Positions 18,041 to 26,748 are shown, counted from the first letter of the stretch. The stretch is DNA of 39,940 nt from Candidatus Omnitrophota bacterium (GCA_016209715.1 JACQVP010000063.1:1-39940), one strand, 5' to 3'. Notes: generated by a model not told the origin, from the letters alone. Numbers and translations: made by a program.

Positions 18041-21000
18041 TCAGGCGGCAGTCGAGATCAGCCTTTCGGACTCGGCGAACCGGAGCAGGTCGGCGATCAG
18101 CCCCATGAGCCGGAACGCCAGATCGTCCGGCGCGCGGGGGAAGCCGTTCGAACCCGCGTCGGCGAGTTGCCGGCGAAGCGTGCTGAAAAGAACCGTTTCG
18201 ACGAACCCGACCAAAAGCGGCAAAGGCAGGGCGCGGCTGGCCGCGCGGCCGAGATGGATTCCCCGTTCGCGCAGGACGGATCCGGGCCCCAGCGCCACCG
18301 GCGTTTCCTCGGAGGCGATAAAGAGCCCGGCCTGCTGAATTTTCCTTCCCGTCACGGGCTTACGGTCGGCGTGACCGATCAAGGCCACGGGAACCCGGAG
18401 GGCGCGGATCCAGTCCAGGGCTTCCGGATCGACGACCGGATAAGAAACGAGCAGTCTCGCGGTTTTGGCGATACGTTCCAAATAAGAAGAGGCCTCGCCC
18501 GTGAACGCGGCGCGGAGGATTTCGTAATCAAAACCGTATGCCCGGGATTCTTCCAGAGACACGGGAGAAAATTCCAAGGCCTCGAGGTCGAAACCCTGCG
18601 CGGCGCGGCGGCCGGAAGCGGCCATGAGCCGGCGCGCCTGTTCCAGAATTTGAATCCGCTCCGCGAGATCCCGGCCGAAAAACCAGGCCAGGCGGGCCCG
18701 ATCCTGCGCGGTGAGAGGGGCCTCGGCGGCCGGGCTTTCCCGCGCGGAAGCGGGCAGGCCGATGAAAAGCGCAAATTGGACCGTGAGAATCAATGCTTCG
18801 GCCTCCCGCTTCGGGACGGCCCCGGCGGATTCCGCCGCCAGACGGCGCGCGAGCGCCGGAAAACCTTGCGCTTCGTCTCTCAGCCATTCAAAAAAATCGG
18901 CGCCTTCCCTTGCCTCAAGGCCCCGTTCGAAACCCTCCCGTAAATTCCGGACAAACGTCTCGGCCCGGACTATTTCCGAATCCGTTTCTTTTTTCCATGC
19001 CGCGACGGCCCCGGCAAAAATGCGCCCGGCTTCTTCGTCGAAAAGCCGCGCCGGCAGATCCAGCGACCGCCACAGCGCCCGCGCATCGGCGCCCAGCGAT
19101 TGCGCCATGCGGGCTTCGATCTTCGTAGGAATGCCGCGTTGCTCCAGGGCCTGTTTCAGACGGCCGTTCGCCGGATCGGACGAGCCCAGGACCTCGGCCA
19201 CACGGCGCCGGAGACGGTCCAACTCATCATGAGTGAGGTCCTCGCGGGCGGTCAAGCGTTCGATCGCCGCCAAGGTCCCCCGCTCATCCGACCCCATGAG
19301 CCGCTTGAGGAGGGTGTCTTCGTCCCAGAATTCTTCTTCTTTCTTGAAGGAGCCGGTATCGATGAAGCGCAATTTGCCGGAACGGTCCAGCAGAAAATTG
19401 AGGGGATTCAGGTCCCAGAGGAAATATCCCCTGGCCGCGTACTTCGCGACCAGCTCGCGAATTTGCCGTTCCGCTCCCGCCGCCATCTCGGGATGGAGTA
19501 CCAGCATGTCGGCGGCCGGCCTCTCATCCAGAAATTCCATCATCAGGATAAGCGACCGGCCCGTCTTGTCCCGCACCGTCCCGAGGAGCCAGGGAGCCGC
19601 CTCGATGTCGTTGGCCTGAGCGAATCGCAGACTTTCCAGGTCCGTCTGAAGGTTCCCGGCGGCGACGGCCGCCGATTTCGCCGTCCCGAATTTCTTTCCG
19701 GTCTCCGATTCCGCCGCCGCCGTTTTTCCGCCCACGATTTTGACGGCGGCGACCCGCGTCTCCCGGGTCCAGGGCAGCGAATATTCCACGCGATAGACGT
19801 CTCCGAATCCGCCGTCGCCGGCCCAGCGGAGCGCGCGGACGGTCAGCCCGCCCTTCTCCAAGGCCTGCCGGAGGTAATCTTGCTGGTCTTCGCCGGGACG
19901 GGGGCGCCTGAACCGGATGTCCGTTTCGGCTTGATCGGGACGCACGACGACCAGAGTGATGTCGTCCAGCCGGAGATTCATGTCCGAGAAAATTTCTTCG
20001 AGGTCCGCGTCGGGAAGAGCGGCGATTTCGGACGGCTCGGGCATCCGCTCCGCGAGATCCGCCGGAAGCGCGTTCGGATGGGCCGCGGCCAATTTGCCCC
20101 GGCCCTGCGGCGTCATTTTGAACATTTCCCGGGCGATCCGCCGCGCCACGCGGGGCTTGTCCAGGCTGACCAAAAGATGCGACATCGCGCGGATGAGCGC
20201 GGAGGTCCGGCGGACCAAATGCCGCGCCATTTCTTCAGCCGAAGGAAGCGGCTCTCCGCTCGCGACCCGCTCCTGAACGAAGCCGTCGGCCATCGCATAA
20301 AGAGTGGCCTCCTGCCCGAGTTCAAGCATCCGGCGCAAAGCCTCATAATGCCGGGCAGGCTCTTCGCGGAGCGCCGCGGCCCGTTCCTCTTCGTCCATTT
20401 CATCCATCCGCGCGAAGGCCTGCGCCAAAAGCGTCTCGGTCTGCAAGAGAGAGTCCATCAGCCCGTCCGTGGAATAAATCAGATAAGACGGAAATTCGAA
20501 GGGATTGACGGGGACGGAAACCGGCCGCACGTCGCCGAGAGGGACTTTCTGGGGCAACCCGAGCGGGGCGAAAGTGATTTCCTGCTCTTTTTTCGCCAAA
20601 GAGGCACTCGCGCCGGAGGAAGCCACCAGGCCGATGACGGGATTGCCGCCGGCCTGAAGCAGGGTGAGCCGGCCGTTTCGCCGGTTGATCACGTGCAGGG
20701 ACACCAGGGTCATGAAGTGCATGGCGTCCAGCAGCTCCTTCATCTCCACCCGCTCGGGCCCGTCACCCTTTCGCTGAATTTCCACCGGCGGAAGCGCCTG
20801 GATTTTCGCTACCTGTTCCCGGCTGAGGCCCCGGGCCAGCGCCGTGATCGAACCGGGAAGATCGTCCAGGCCCTTGACGCGGAGCACATCGAGTAAGCGG
20901 GCCAGCCCTTCGCGCGCCGGCTTGAGCCCGCGCAGCTCCGCGAGGTAATAGGCCACGTTCACGGCATCGATCGCATCCATATAAGCGAGGAGCGCGTGAT

Positions 21001-24000
21001 TCAAAAAGAGAATGAATTCAGTCGTGATGGCCGCGATTCTTTCTTCGCCGGCGGCCTGGATCCGGTCGGCCAGTCGGCCCCGGCCGGAAACCGGGCTCTC
21101 GATCCCGGCGGTTTCGTAGATCCGTATGGCCTCATAGAGCACGTGATTGATCCGGGCGGACGTCATGTCATGCCCTGCCGCGTCCATCAAAAGCACGACC
21201 TCGTACTTTCCGTCCGCGCTCAGGGAAAGATAGTGCCCGTCGCCGCCGTAGGCGTCGTTGAGCGGCTTGGAATAAACATGAGAGCCGGCCAGCATGGATT
21301 TGAAGCGCGAGGCCGAACGGCGTATGTCAGGCAAAGAAATCGAATCGAAGAGCGAGACTTCTTCTTTCAGCCGTTCCAGCAGGGCGGCCTGATATTCGGA
21401 TGGGCCCGTCACCTCCGGTTTTTCAACGAGAGCGCCCAGGGAATTGCCGAAGACGCTCTCGAGGTCAAAGCGCCCCTCATAAGTCAGCCAGGAAGTCGTG
21501 CCCCGGCCTTCCGGACCGGACGGGGTGACGGCAAATCCCCAGCGGCTGTCCGCGGAAACGGGGCCCCGCTCTTCCATCAAACGCGCCGCGCTGAGCGCCC
21601 CCAGCACATTGCCGGCGTCCGTCAAAGCCGTGCGACCCTGCGGCGTGACCGCCAGATAATGAAATCCCGCGCTCAGGCCGATCTTGGCCAGCTCCGGCAT
21701 CTCCGCGAAAACCCGAGCCCCGTCCGACGTCCTCCCGGTCAGGCTCATCACGCCGTAGGGAGACAGATTTTCGGCGGCCATATTCGCGGAAATAGCGCTG
21801 CCCGGCGTTCCTTGACTGACGGCCGCGAAGGCAAAATTGGCGAGAGGACCCGCCAGAGCGATCTCCTGAAGCCGTTTCGGGTTTTTAACGGCCCACGCGT
21901 CGAGCGTGGGATATTCCGCGGTGGGAACGAACTGCCGCCCCATGTCCACCCCCGCAAAATGAAGCGGCATCACGAACCGGCCCCGGCTCAATTTTCCGGT
22001 CACGAGGCCGGAGCCCACCCCGAGGGCCAAATTGCCCCAGCCGTAACCGTAAATCCGAGAAACTTCGGGGGCCCGGAAATTGCCGGGCGCGGCCAAATGC
22101 ATTTTTTGGGCATGCGCGAACTCATGAAAATAAAGAGACGGCAGGGGAGCGAGCGCCGCCGTCAAGAGACGCCGGGTGTCGCCGGCAGGCACTCCCCGGC
22201 GGGCCCAGTCCCGGTCCAGGGAATGCAGGGCATAGTTCGCGCCGATCGAAATCGCCAAAGCGGCCGCCCATTTTTCTTTGGCCTGCACGGCCGCTTCGGG
22301 AGCCGCGGAAACCGCGGACAAGAATTGGCCGAAGAACAGGGACACGGCCAAGACTATGGCCGCCGTCCTCCGCCGGAGCGGGGATTCCCGCCGCTCGCCC
22401 AGAGCCGACGCCGCCGGTAAGGATTCGAAGGCGAGTTGCGGCCATCCCGGAACGAAGGATGCCTTTTCGGCCGCGGCGGAAGCGCGGACTTTTTTCATCA
22501 TCGCGTTGTATCCGGCGCGCCGTTTTTTCCGGTATTGAAATCCGTCGTCGAGGTACAAATTTTCGGCGGCCTCGTTGCCGGCTTCGACTTCCAGGACCAG
22601 GCGCGTCCTGCCCTCCTCGCGGGCGACCTGTTCGGTGGCGGCGAGCAACTGGCGCCGGGTCCCGGGATCGGGCCGGACGGCCATCATCTCGATCTCAAGA
22701 TAGCGGTCCCCCGTGTTCGGGATTTCGGATTCCGGATTGTTCACGACATACCCCACGACTTGCCCGTCGGCAATGGCCACCACGCTCCATTCGCCGAGTT
22801 CGTCGCGTTGCATCTCCAGCACAATGTCCTGATTGATCCCCAGGATCTCGCCCTTCAGAAAGGCCTCCGCGGAGGCGAGATCCGAGATCCGGTAAAACCC
22901 GTCTTTCAGGCCCGTGACCGCGCCCAGTGACGACGCCGTGCCTCGGGCCCCCTTGGCCGGGCCCGCCGCGCGATGCCATTCCGCTTCGGCGGCCGCCCGA
23001 AAAGCAGTGAAATCGGCCTGCGCCAGGAATTGATTCACCCGGTCCCGGTAGGCCGCGAATTCCGGGGTTTGGCTGATCGCGGGATGGCGCCCCAGGCGAT
23101 CCACTTCCACTTTGCGGCTGCGCACCGCCCCGGCGAATTCCTCCTCGCCCAGAAGGGCGGCGAATTCCAGCTCGAAGCGCAGGACGGAAAAATCCTGATG
23201 GAGCGTGAACCCGCCGAGCAGGACCTCGTCTCCCGCGATGTTATCCCGGGCGAACTCACTCTCTACGAGTTCGTGAAACAACGCGCTCTTGCCGATGAAA
23301 AATCCATTTTCTCCGAGTTCTTTTTCCCGCTCGATTTGGCCGGTAAACAGATACATGCCGGGGCCGCGGATTTCGGGAGACTCAAACCATTGGGTCCCGG
23401 CAAATTCCTCCGGGGCCCGGAACGAGTCGCCTGCCTTCTCCCTGTCCTCCGCCAGCTGTTGCCGGAGCCGCTCGATTTGCCGGAAGATTTCGTCCGTCAC
23501 CGTGACTAGGGCGTAAACGCCCGGCCCGGCGAGGCCGGCAACTTCAATCATCCCGAACGCGCGGCCGAAGTCCCCGGCGGGAACCTGTCGCAATTCGTCC
23601 AGGGACCGATAGCGGGAGGCGATGTTTTTCCAGACCGCGGCGGCGGCCCTTTCACGACGCGCTTGCATCAGTCCCAGCGCGTCGATGAATCTTCCGGCCA
23701 GGCGGTGTTGGGCGGGATCCCGGGCCTCCGAAAGCCCGGCGTCGCTGACGGCAAAAGCGATTTGATCGCCGGGATACAGGACACTGATCAAATTATAGTC
23801 CGCGCCGTCCACCATCGGCTGGAGGACCCCCAGGCGAATCAAATCTCTGATGTCGGCATCGGTAAAATCGGCGCGGTTGCCGAGCAAAAGCTCCCGGATC
23901 GCCGGGGCAATGGCCTCAAGCGTCCGCGAATCGCCCTGAAGATCGGCAGGGATCGTTTTGGCTCCGTATCGAAGCGTGACGGCCGAACCCAGCGCCGCGG

Positions 24001-25945
24001 CGGCGAGAGGCTCTCCCCGCGGGCGGGCCCGCTTCGGGATCTGCCCGCGCAAAACGTTTTCGAACAAGCCCGGCCCGTCCGCGATCATGTTGTCGAGCGA
24101 AGCGGCCAGCATCGATGCCCGGAACCGCCGCCCCAGTCGGCCCAGCTTCTTCCACGATTGTTCCCGAATGCGGCGGACGGAACGGGCGCGAAAAGCGGCC
24201 CATTCCGGTTCCGCCGCCGCGGACAATTGGTCCTTGGCCCGGCGCGAATCCGAAGATCCGTATTTTTGGGCGTATTCGGCCGCCAGGCGGTCAATGTAAG
24301 GCGTGTATTCCGCCGCTTTATCCAAACGTCCCTGCCGGCCCAAAGCTCCCAGCAGATCCCGGCGCCATTGCCGGAGGATCCGCTTCAGATCGGGCTCATT
24401 CAGGCCGTCCGTCAGGGCCTTCGCGGCATGCTTCAGGAAAGCGTCGTAGGCGGTCGTTTCGAGAAATGATTTATACGACACGTCTCCCATCAGCACCGGC
24501 GCATACCGGTCTGACCCCCGGAGCGAATCGATCCGCGGCGTAATCAGCGCGTAGGAATAGCCCTTCGCTTTGAGGCTCTCGAAAAAACCCCCGGTGTGAA
24601 AGCCCCCCGCCAAGACCACGACGGAGCGCGCCCGGGTCTTTTTGAGCAAACGGCTCAGATTGTTCTCGAGGGCCCCGTCGCGCGCGAGCGCCGTGCGGTA
24701 AAATTCCTCGGCCGGCTCCAGCAAATCCGCGCGGGAGAAAAAGTCGAGAACGGCCCCGCGCTTTTCTTGATAGGCCTTCCAATCCTCGCGGCTCATCTCG
24801 AGCTGGGCCAGGCGCCGGAGCCAGATCAAATATTCATAGCGGGAAGAAATCCGTTCCGCTTCCGGGCCGGAGACCAGTCCGCGCTCAGTCTCCCGGAGAA
24901 GGCTTTCGATCTCGCCGAAAACGCGGCTGCCTTTGATTGCGGCCACCGAAGCGGCCTCGTCGAGCAGCTCTTTTTGCGCGGGCGTCCATGCGGCGGGTAT
25001 CTGCCGGGACAAGGCCAGCCGGGAAAGATATTTCAGATAGGATGCCGTGTCGAGCCGGCCGGTCATGAATTCCTGATGGCGGGCGCGGGCGATTTTTAAT
25101 TGCCGCGCGCTGAACCGGCGCCCGTGCGAGCGAAGGAGTTCCCGGCCCAGCTCTCGCGCGGATGCCGCCAGTTGATCCGCGTCGAGCGCTTCCGTCCGGC
25201 CGAGAGAAGCAAGCAGGCGGGACAATTCCGGATACCGGCCGGTTTTTCCCCGCACCGCCGGAGATTCGCCGAGAAAGCGCAGGAACTCGAGCCAATCCAG
25301 GCGGTCGTTCCGGAAGGCGTCCGCCTTCTCGTGAAAGGCATTGTGGCCGGCCGTGTACACCCGCTTTCTTTCCGCGTCCAACCGTGCGCGCAAATCTTCA
25401 AGCGTGCGGTTGATTTCCTCCTGTCCGGCCGCAGACCGGAGGTAAGCCCGGTAATTTTTTTCGTATAAGCGGGTGTCTTCAAGGCCATAAAAATCAGCCT
25501 CGGGACCGAACACAGCCGCGAGCTGGGCCCCGGTGACTTCTCCCCGTTCGAGATAGCCCCGGAACGCCAGGCGCTTTTTCCTCGACGCGGGAAAGGCGCG
25601 CAAAACCGCCGGATCGATGCGGCCCGCTCCGCCTTCCAGCGCCACGAGCCGGACGCCGCAGGCCCGATTCAAATACCCGATCAAGTCGCGGATATGAATT
25701 TGCGCGTCCACCGTCGCGTGGGCGTCCTGAATAAAAATCACGAAGGGTTGATCGCTTGCCGGCGCGCGGAATTCCCGGAGCGTTCCGAGTTCGGGCGGCA
25801 CGGTCAAACGGCCGGAAAGATAAAAACCTTCCGCGGCCGGGGCGGACGGAACGGTAGCGGCCGGCGCCATCTGAGCGGGGAGGAAACACGCCAATATAAA
25901 TAATGACAAAAATTTTCGAATGGGAACTGACATCTTAATCAACAC
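18041..25945 (-). CDS. Giant secreted multi-module protein (TIKI/EreA-like N-domain, GNAT, M50 protease, PP2C phosphatase, Ser/Thr kinase) with repeated [AG]x[SA]LG linkers
   Basis: 2634-aa ORF, N-terminal hydrophobic signal; motifs IQDAH/ALEG/GGFH, NEAAENLY..GF, HEFAH/AGPLAN/NLSP..SDG, DAAGHD/TDG/DDITL, GDGGFG/VAAVK/DLNPLN/IDTG; alternative ATG at 25933. Confidence 0.85.
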   Translation of the reverse strand: MLIKMSVPIRKFLSLFILACFLPAQMAPAATVPSAPAAEGFYLSGRLTVPPELGTLREFRAPASDQPFVIFIQDAHATVDAQIHIRDLIGYLNRACGVRLVALEGGAGRIDPAVLRAFPASRKKRLAFRGYLERGEVTGAQLAAVFGPEADFYGLEDTRLYEKNYRAYLRSAAGQEEINRTLEDLRARLDAERKRVYTAGHNAFHEKADAFRNDRLDWLEFLRFLGESPAVRGKTGRYPELSRLLASLGRTEALDADQLAASARELGRELLRSHGRRFSARQLKIARARHQEFMTGRLDTASYLKYLSRLALSRQIPAAWTPAQKELLDEAASVAAIKGSRVFGEIESLLRETERGLVSGPEAERISSRYEYLIWLRRLAQLEMSREDWKAYQEKRGAVLDFFSRADLLEPAEEFYRTALARDGALENNLSRLLKKTRARSVVVLAGGFHTGGFFESLKAKGYSYALITPRIDSLRGSDRYAPVLMGDVSYKSFLETTAYDAFLKHAAKALTDGLNEPDLKRILRQWRRDLLGALGRQGRLDKAAEYTPYIDRLAAEYAQKYGSSDSRRAKDQLSAAAEPEWAAFRARSVRRIREQSWKKLGRLGRRFRASMLAASLDNMIADGPGLFENVLRGQIPKRARPRGEPLAAAALGSAVTLRYGAKTIPADLQGDSRTLEAIAPAIRELLLGNRADFTDADIRDLIRLGVLQPMVDGADYNLISVLYPGDQIAFAVSDAGLSEARDPAQHRLAGRFIDALGLMQARRERAAAAVWKNIASRYRSLDELRQVPAGDFGRAFGMIEVAGLAGPGVYALVTVTDEIFRQIERLRQQLAEDREKAGDSFRAPEEFAGTQWFESPEIRGPGMYLFTGQIEREKELGENGFFIGKSALFHELVESEFARDNIAGDEVLLGGFTLHQDFSVLRFELEFAALLGEEEFAGAVRSRKVEVDRLGRHPAISQTPEFAAYRDRVNQFLAQADFTAFRAAAEAEWHRAAGPAKGARGTASSLGAVTGLKDGFYRISDLASAEAFLKGEILGINQDIVLEMQRDELGEWSVVAIADGQVVGYVVNNPESEIPNTGDRYLEIEMMAVRPDPGTRRQLLAATEQVAREEGRTRLVLEVEAGNEAAENLYLDDGFQYRKKRRAGYNAMMKKVRASAAAEKASFVPGWPQLAFESLPAASALGERRESPLRRRTAAIVLAVSLFFGQFLSAVSAAPEAAVQAKEKWAAALAISIGANYALHSLDRDWARRGVPAGDTRRLLTAALAPLPSLYFHEFAHAQKMHLAAPGNFRAPEVSRIYGYGWGNLALGVGSGLVTGKLSRGRFVMPLHFAGVDMGRQFVPTAEYPTLDAWAVKNPKRLQEIALAGPLANFAFAAVSQGTPGSAISANMAAENLSPYGVMSLTGRTSDGARVFAEMPELAKIGLSAGFHYLAVTPQGRTALTDAGNVLGALSAARLMEERGPVSADSRWGFAVTPSGPEGRGTTSWLTYEGRFDLESVFGNSLGALVEKPEVTGPSEYQAALLERLKEEVSLFDSISLPDIRRSASRFKSMLAGSHVYSKPLNDAYGGDGHYLSLSADGKYEVVLLMDAAGHDMTSARINHVLYEAIRIYETAGIESPVSGRGRLADRIQAAGEERIAAITTEFILFLNHALLAYMDAIDAVNVAYYLAELRGLKPAREGLARLLDVLRVKGLDDLPGSITALARGLSREQVAKIQALPPVEIQRKGDGPERVEMKELLDAMHFMTLVSLHVINRRNGRLTLLQAGGNPVIGLVASSGASASLAKKEQEITFAPLGLPQKVPLGDVRPVSVPVNPFEFPSYLIYSTDGLMDSLLQTETLLAQAFARMDEMDEEERAAALREEPARHYEALRRMLELGQEATLYAMADGFVQERVASGEPLPSAEEMARHLVRRTSALIRAMSHLLVSLDKPRVARRIAREMFKMTPQGRGKLAAAHPNALPADLAERMPEPSEIAALPDADLEEIFSDMNLRLDDITLVVVRPDQAETDIRFRRPRPGEDQQDYLRQALEKGGLTVRALRWAGDGGFGDVYRVEYSLPWTRETRVAAVKIVGGKTAAAESETGKKFGTAKSAAVAAGNLQTDLESLRFAQANDIEAAPWLLGTVRDKTGRSLILMMEFLDERPAADMLVLHPEMAAGAERQIRELVAKYAARGYFLWDLNPLNFLLDRSGKLRFIDTGSFKKEEEFWDEDTLLKRLMGSDERGTLAAIERLTAREDLTHDELDRLRRRVAEVLGSSDPANGRLKQALEQRGIPTKIEARMAQSLGADARALWRSLDLPARLFDEEAGRIFAGAVAAWKKETDSEIVRAETFVRNLREGFERGLEAREGADFFEWLRDEAQGFPALARRLAAESAGAVPKREAEALILTVQFALFIGLPASARESPAAEAPLTAQDRARLAWFFGRDLAERIQILEQARRLMAASGRRAAQGFDLEALEFSPVSLEESRAYGFDYEILRAAFTGEASSYLERIAKTARLLVSYPVVDPEALDWIRALRVPVALIGHADRKPVTGRKIQQAGLFIASEETPVALGPGSVLRERGIHLGRAASRALPLPLLVGFVETVLFSTLRRQLADAGSNGFPRAPDDLAFRLMGLIADLLRFAESERLISTAA

Positions 25946-25952
25946 TGAATAA

Positions 25953-25958
25953 AAAGTA
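25953..25958 (-). promoter_or_regulatory. Putative -10 element (TACTTT) of the giant gene
   Basis: TAnnnT hexamer that places the CRP box centre at -41.5. Confidence 0.5.
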
Positions 25959-25978
25959 CCCGCATTTTCGCCAAAAAA

Positions 25979-25996
25979 TTGTGATTGAAGTCACAA
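25979..25996. promoter_or_regulatory. CRP-type binding site
   Basis: TTGTGA-ttgaag-TCACAA, perfect TGTGA-N6-TCACA. Confidence 0.8.
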
Positions 25997-26014
25997 ACGA
26001 GGGAAAAATCAGAA

Positions 26015-26698
26015 TTAATTTTCGCTGGCCGTGAGGAAATGCCTCAAAGCGTCTTTTTGGCGGATAACGATTTGCTTGCGGCGCACCTGAATCAAGCCCG
26101 CTTTTTTCAACTCCAGCAGACAGCGCTGGAAGTTTTCCCGGCTGGTCCCGATTTGGGAAGCGACGTGCTGGCGGGTGCCCGGGAGTTCGATGAGGGTGCC
26201 CTCTCCCGTGGCCAGGCCTTTGGCGTCAGCCAATGCCAGCAAGTGATCGATCACCCGCTGACGGGAGTTTCTCACGGCCAGCCCCTGGACCAGGTTCGAA
26301 TAGGCCCGGGCCTTTTGGGCGAAAATGGACGCGGCCGCCTGGGCCACGGCGGGATATTCTTCCAGGATCCGGCGCAAATGATCCAGAGAGGATTTCCAAA
26401 GAACGGTGTCACGCCCCGCTTCGGCGCTCACGTTGCAGCCGGTTTCAAAGCCGGGATGGCACAGGCAGGTGTCGCCCGGATGCAACATTTGCAGGATCCG
26501 TTCCCGATGCCCTTGCGCGTCGGTCCAGTAAAGCTTGACGCTCCCTTTGCGCACGATGAAGAAATTCCGGCAGCGATCATTCTCGGAAAAAAGCAGTTCT
26601 CCGTATTGGCAGGTCTTTTCCACAAAATAGGGCTTCAGCTTCTCGACCTCGGCCTCTTTGAGGCCGCGGAACAAAGCGGCATCGCGCAATTCAATCAT
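26015..26698 (-). CDS. Crp/Fnr-family transcriptional regulator
   Basis: cNMP-type barrel (FFIVRKGSVKLY, LHPGD) and HTH TRQHVASQIGTSRENFQRCL; start placed at MIELRD (ORF track start 26740). Confidence 0.9.
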   Translation of the reverse strand: MIELRDAALFRGLKEAEVEKLKPYFVEKTCQYGELLFSENDRCRNFFIVRKGSVKLYWTDAQGHRERILQMLHPGDTCLCHPGFETGCNVSAEAGRDTVLWKSSLDHLRRILEEYPAVAQAAASIFAQKARAYSNLVQGLAVRNSRQRVIDHLLALADAKGLATGEGTLIELPGTRQHVASQIGTSRENFQRCLLELKKAGLIQVRRKQIVIRQKDALRHFLTASEN

Positions 26699-26732
26699 GG
26701 CCCAATGATAACCGCGCGGCATCAATTTAGAA

Positions 26733-26748
26733 TGTGACACCGGTCACG
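26733..26748. promoter_or_regulatory. Second CRP-type site upstream of the crp-family gene
   Basis: TGTGA-caccgg-TCACG, one mismatch to consensus. Confidence 0.6.

Noticed and set aside
19100-22420. 598-aa and 474-aa plus-strand ORFs opposite the giant gene
   Set aside because: Antisense shadows; the minus strand carries the recognisable enzyme motifs.
24330-25220. LASLG and LGALG in the giant protein's N-domain as extra linkers
   Set aside because: First position is Leu rather than Ala/Gly, and both sit in apparent amphipathic helices, not at junctions.
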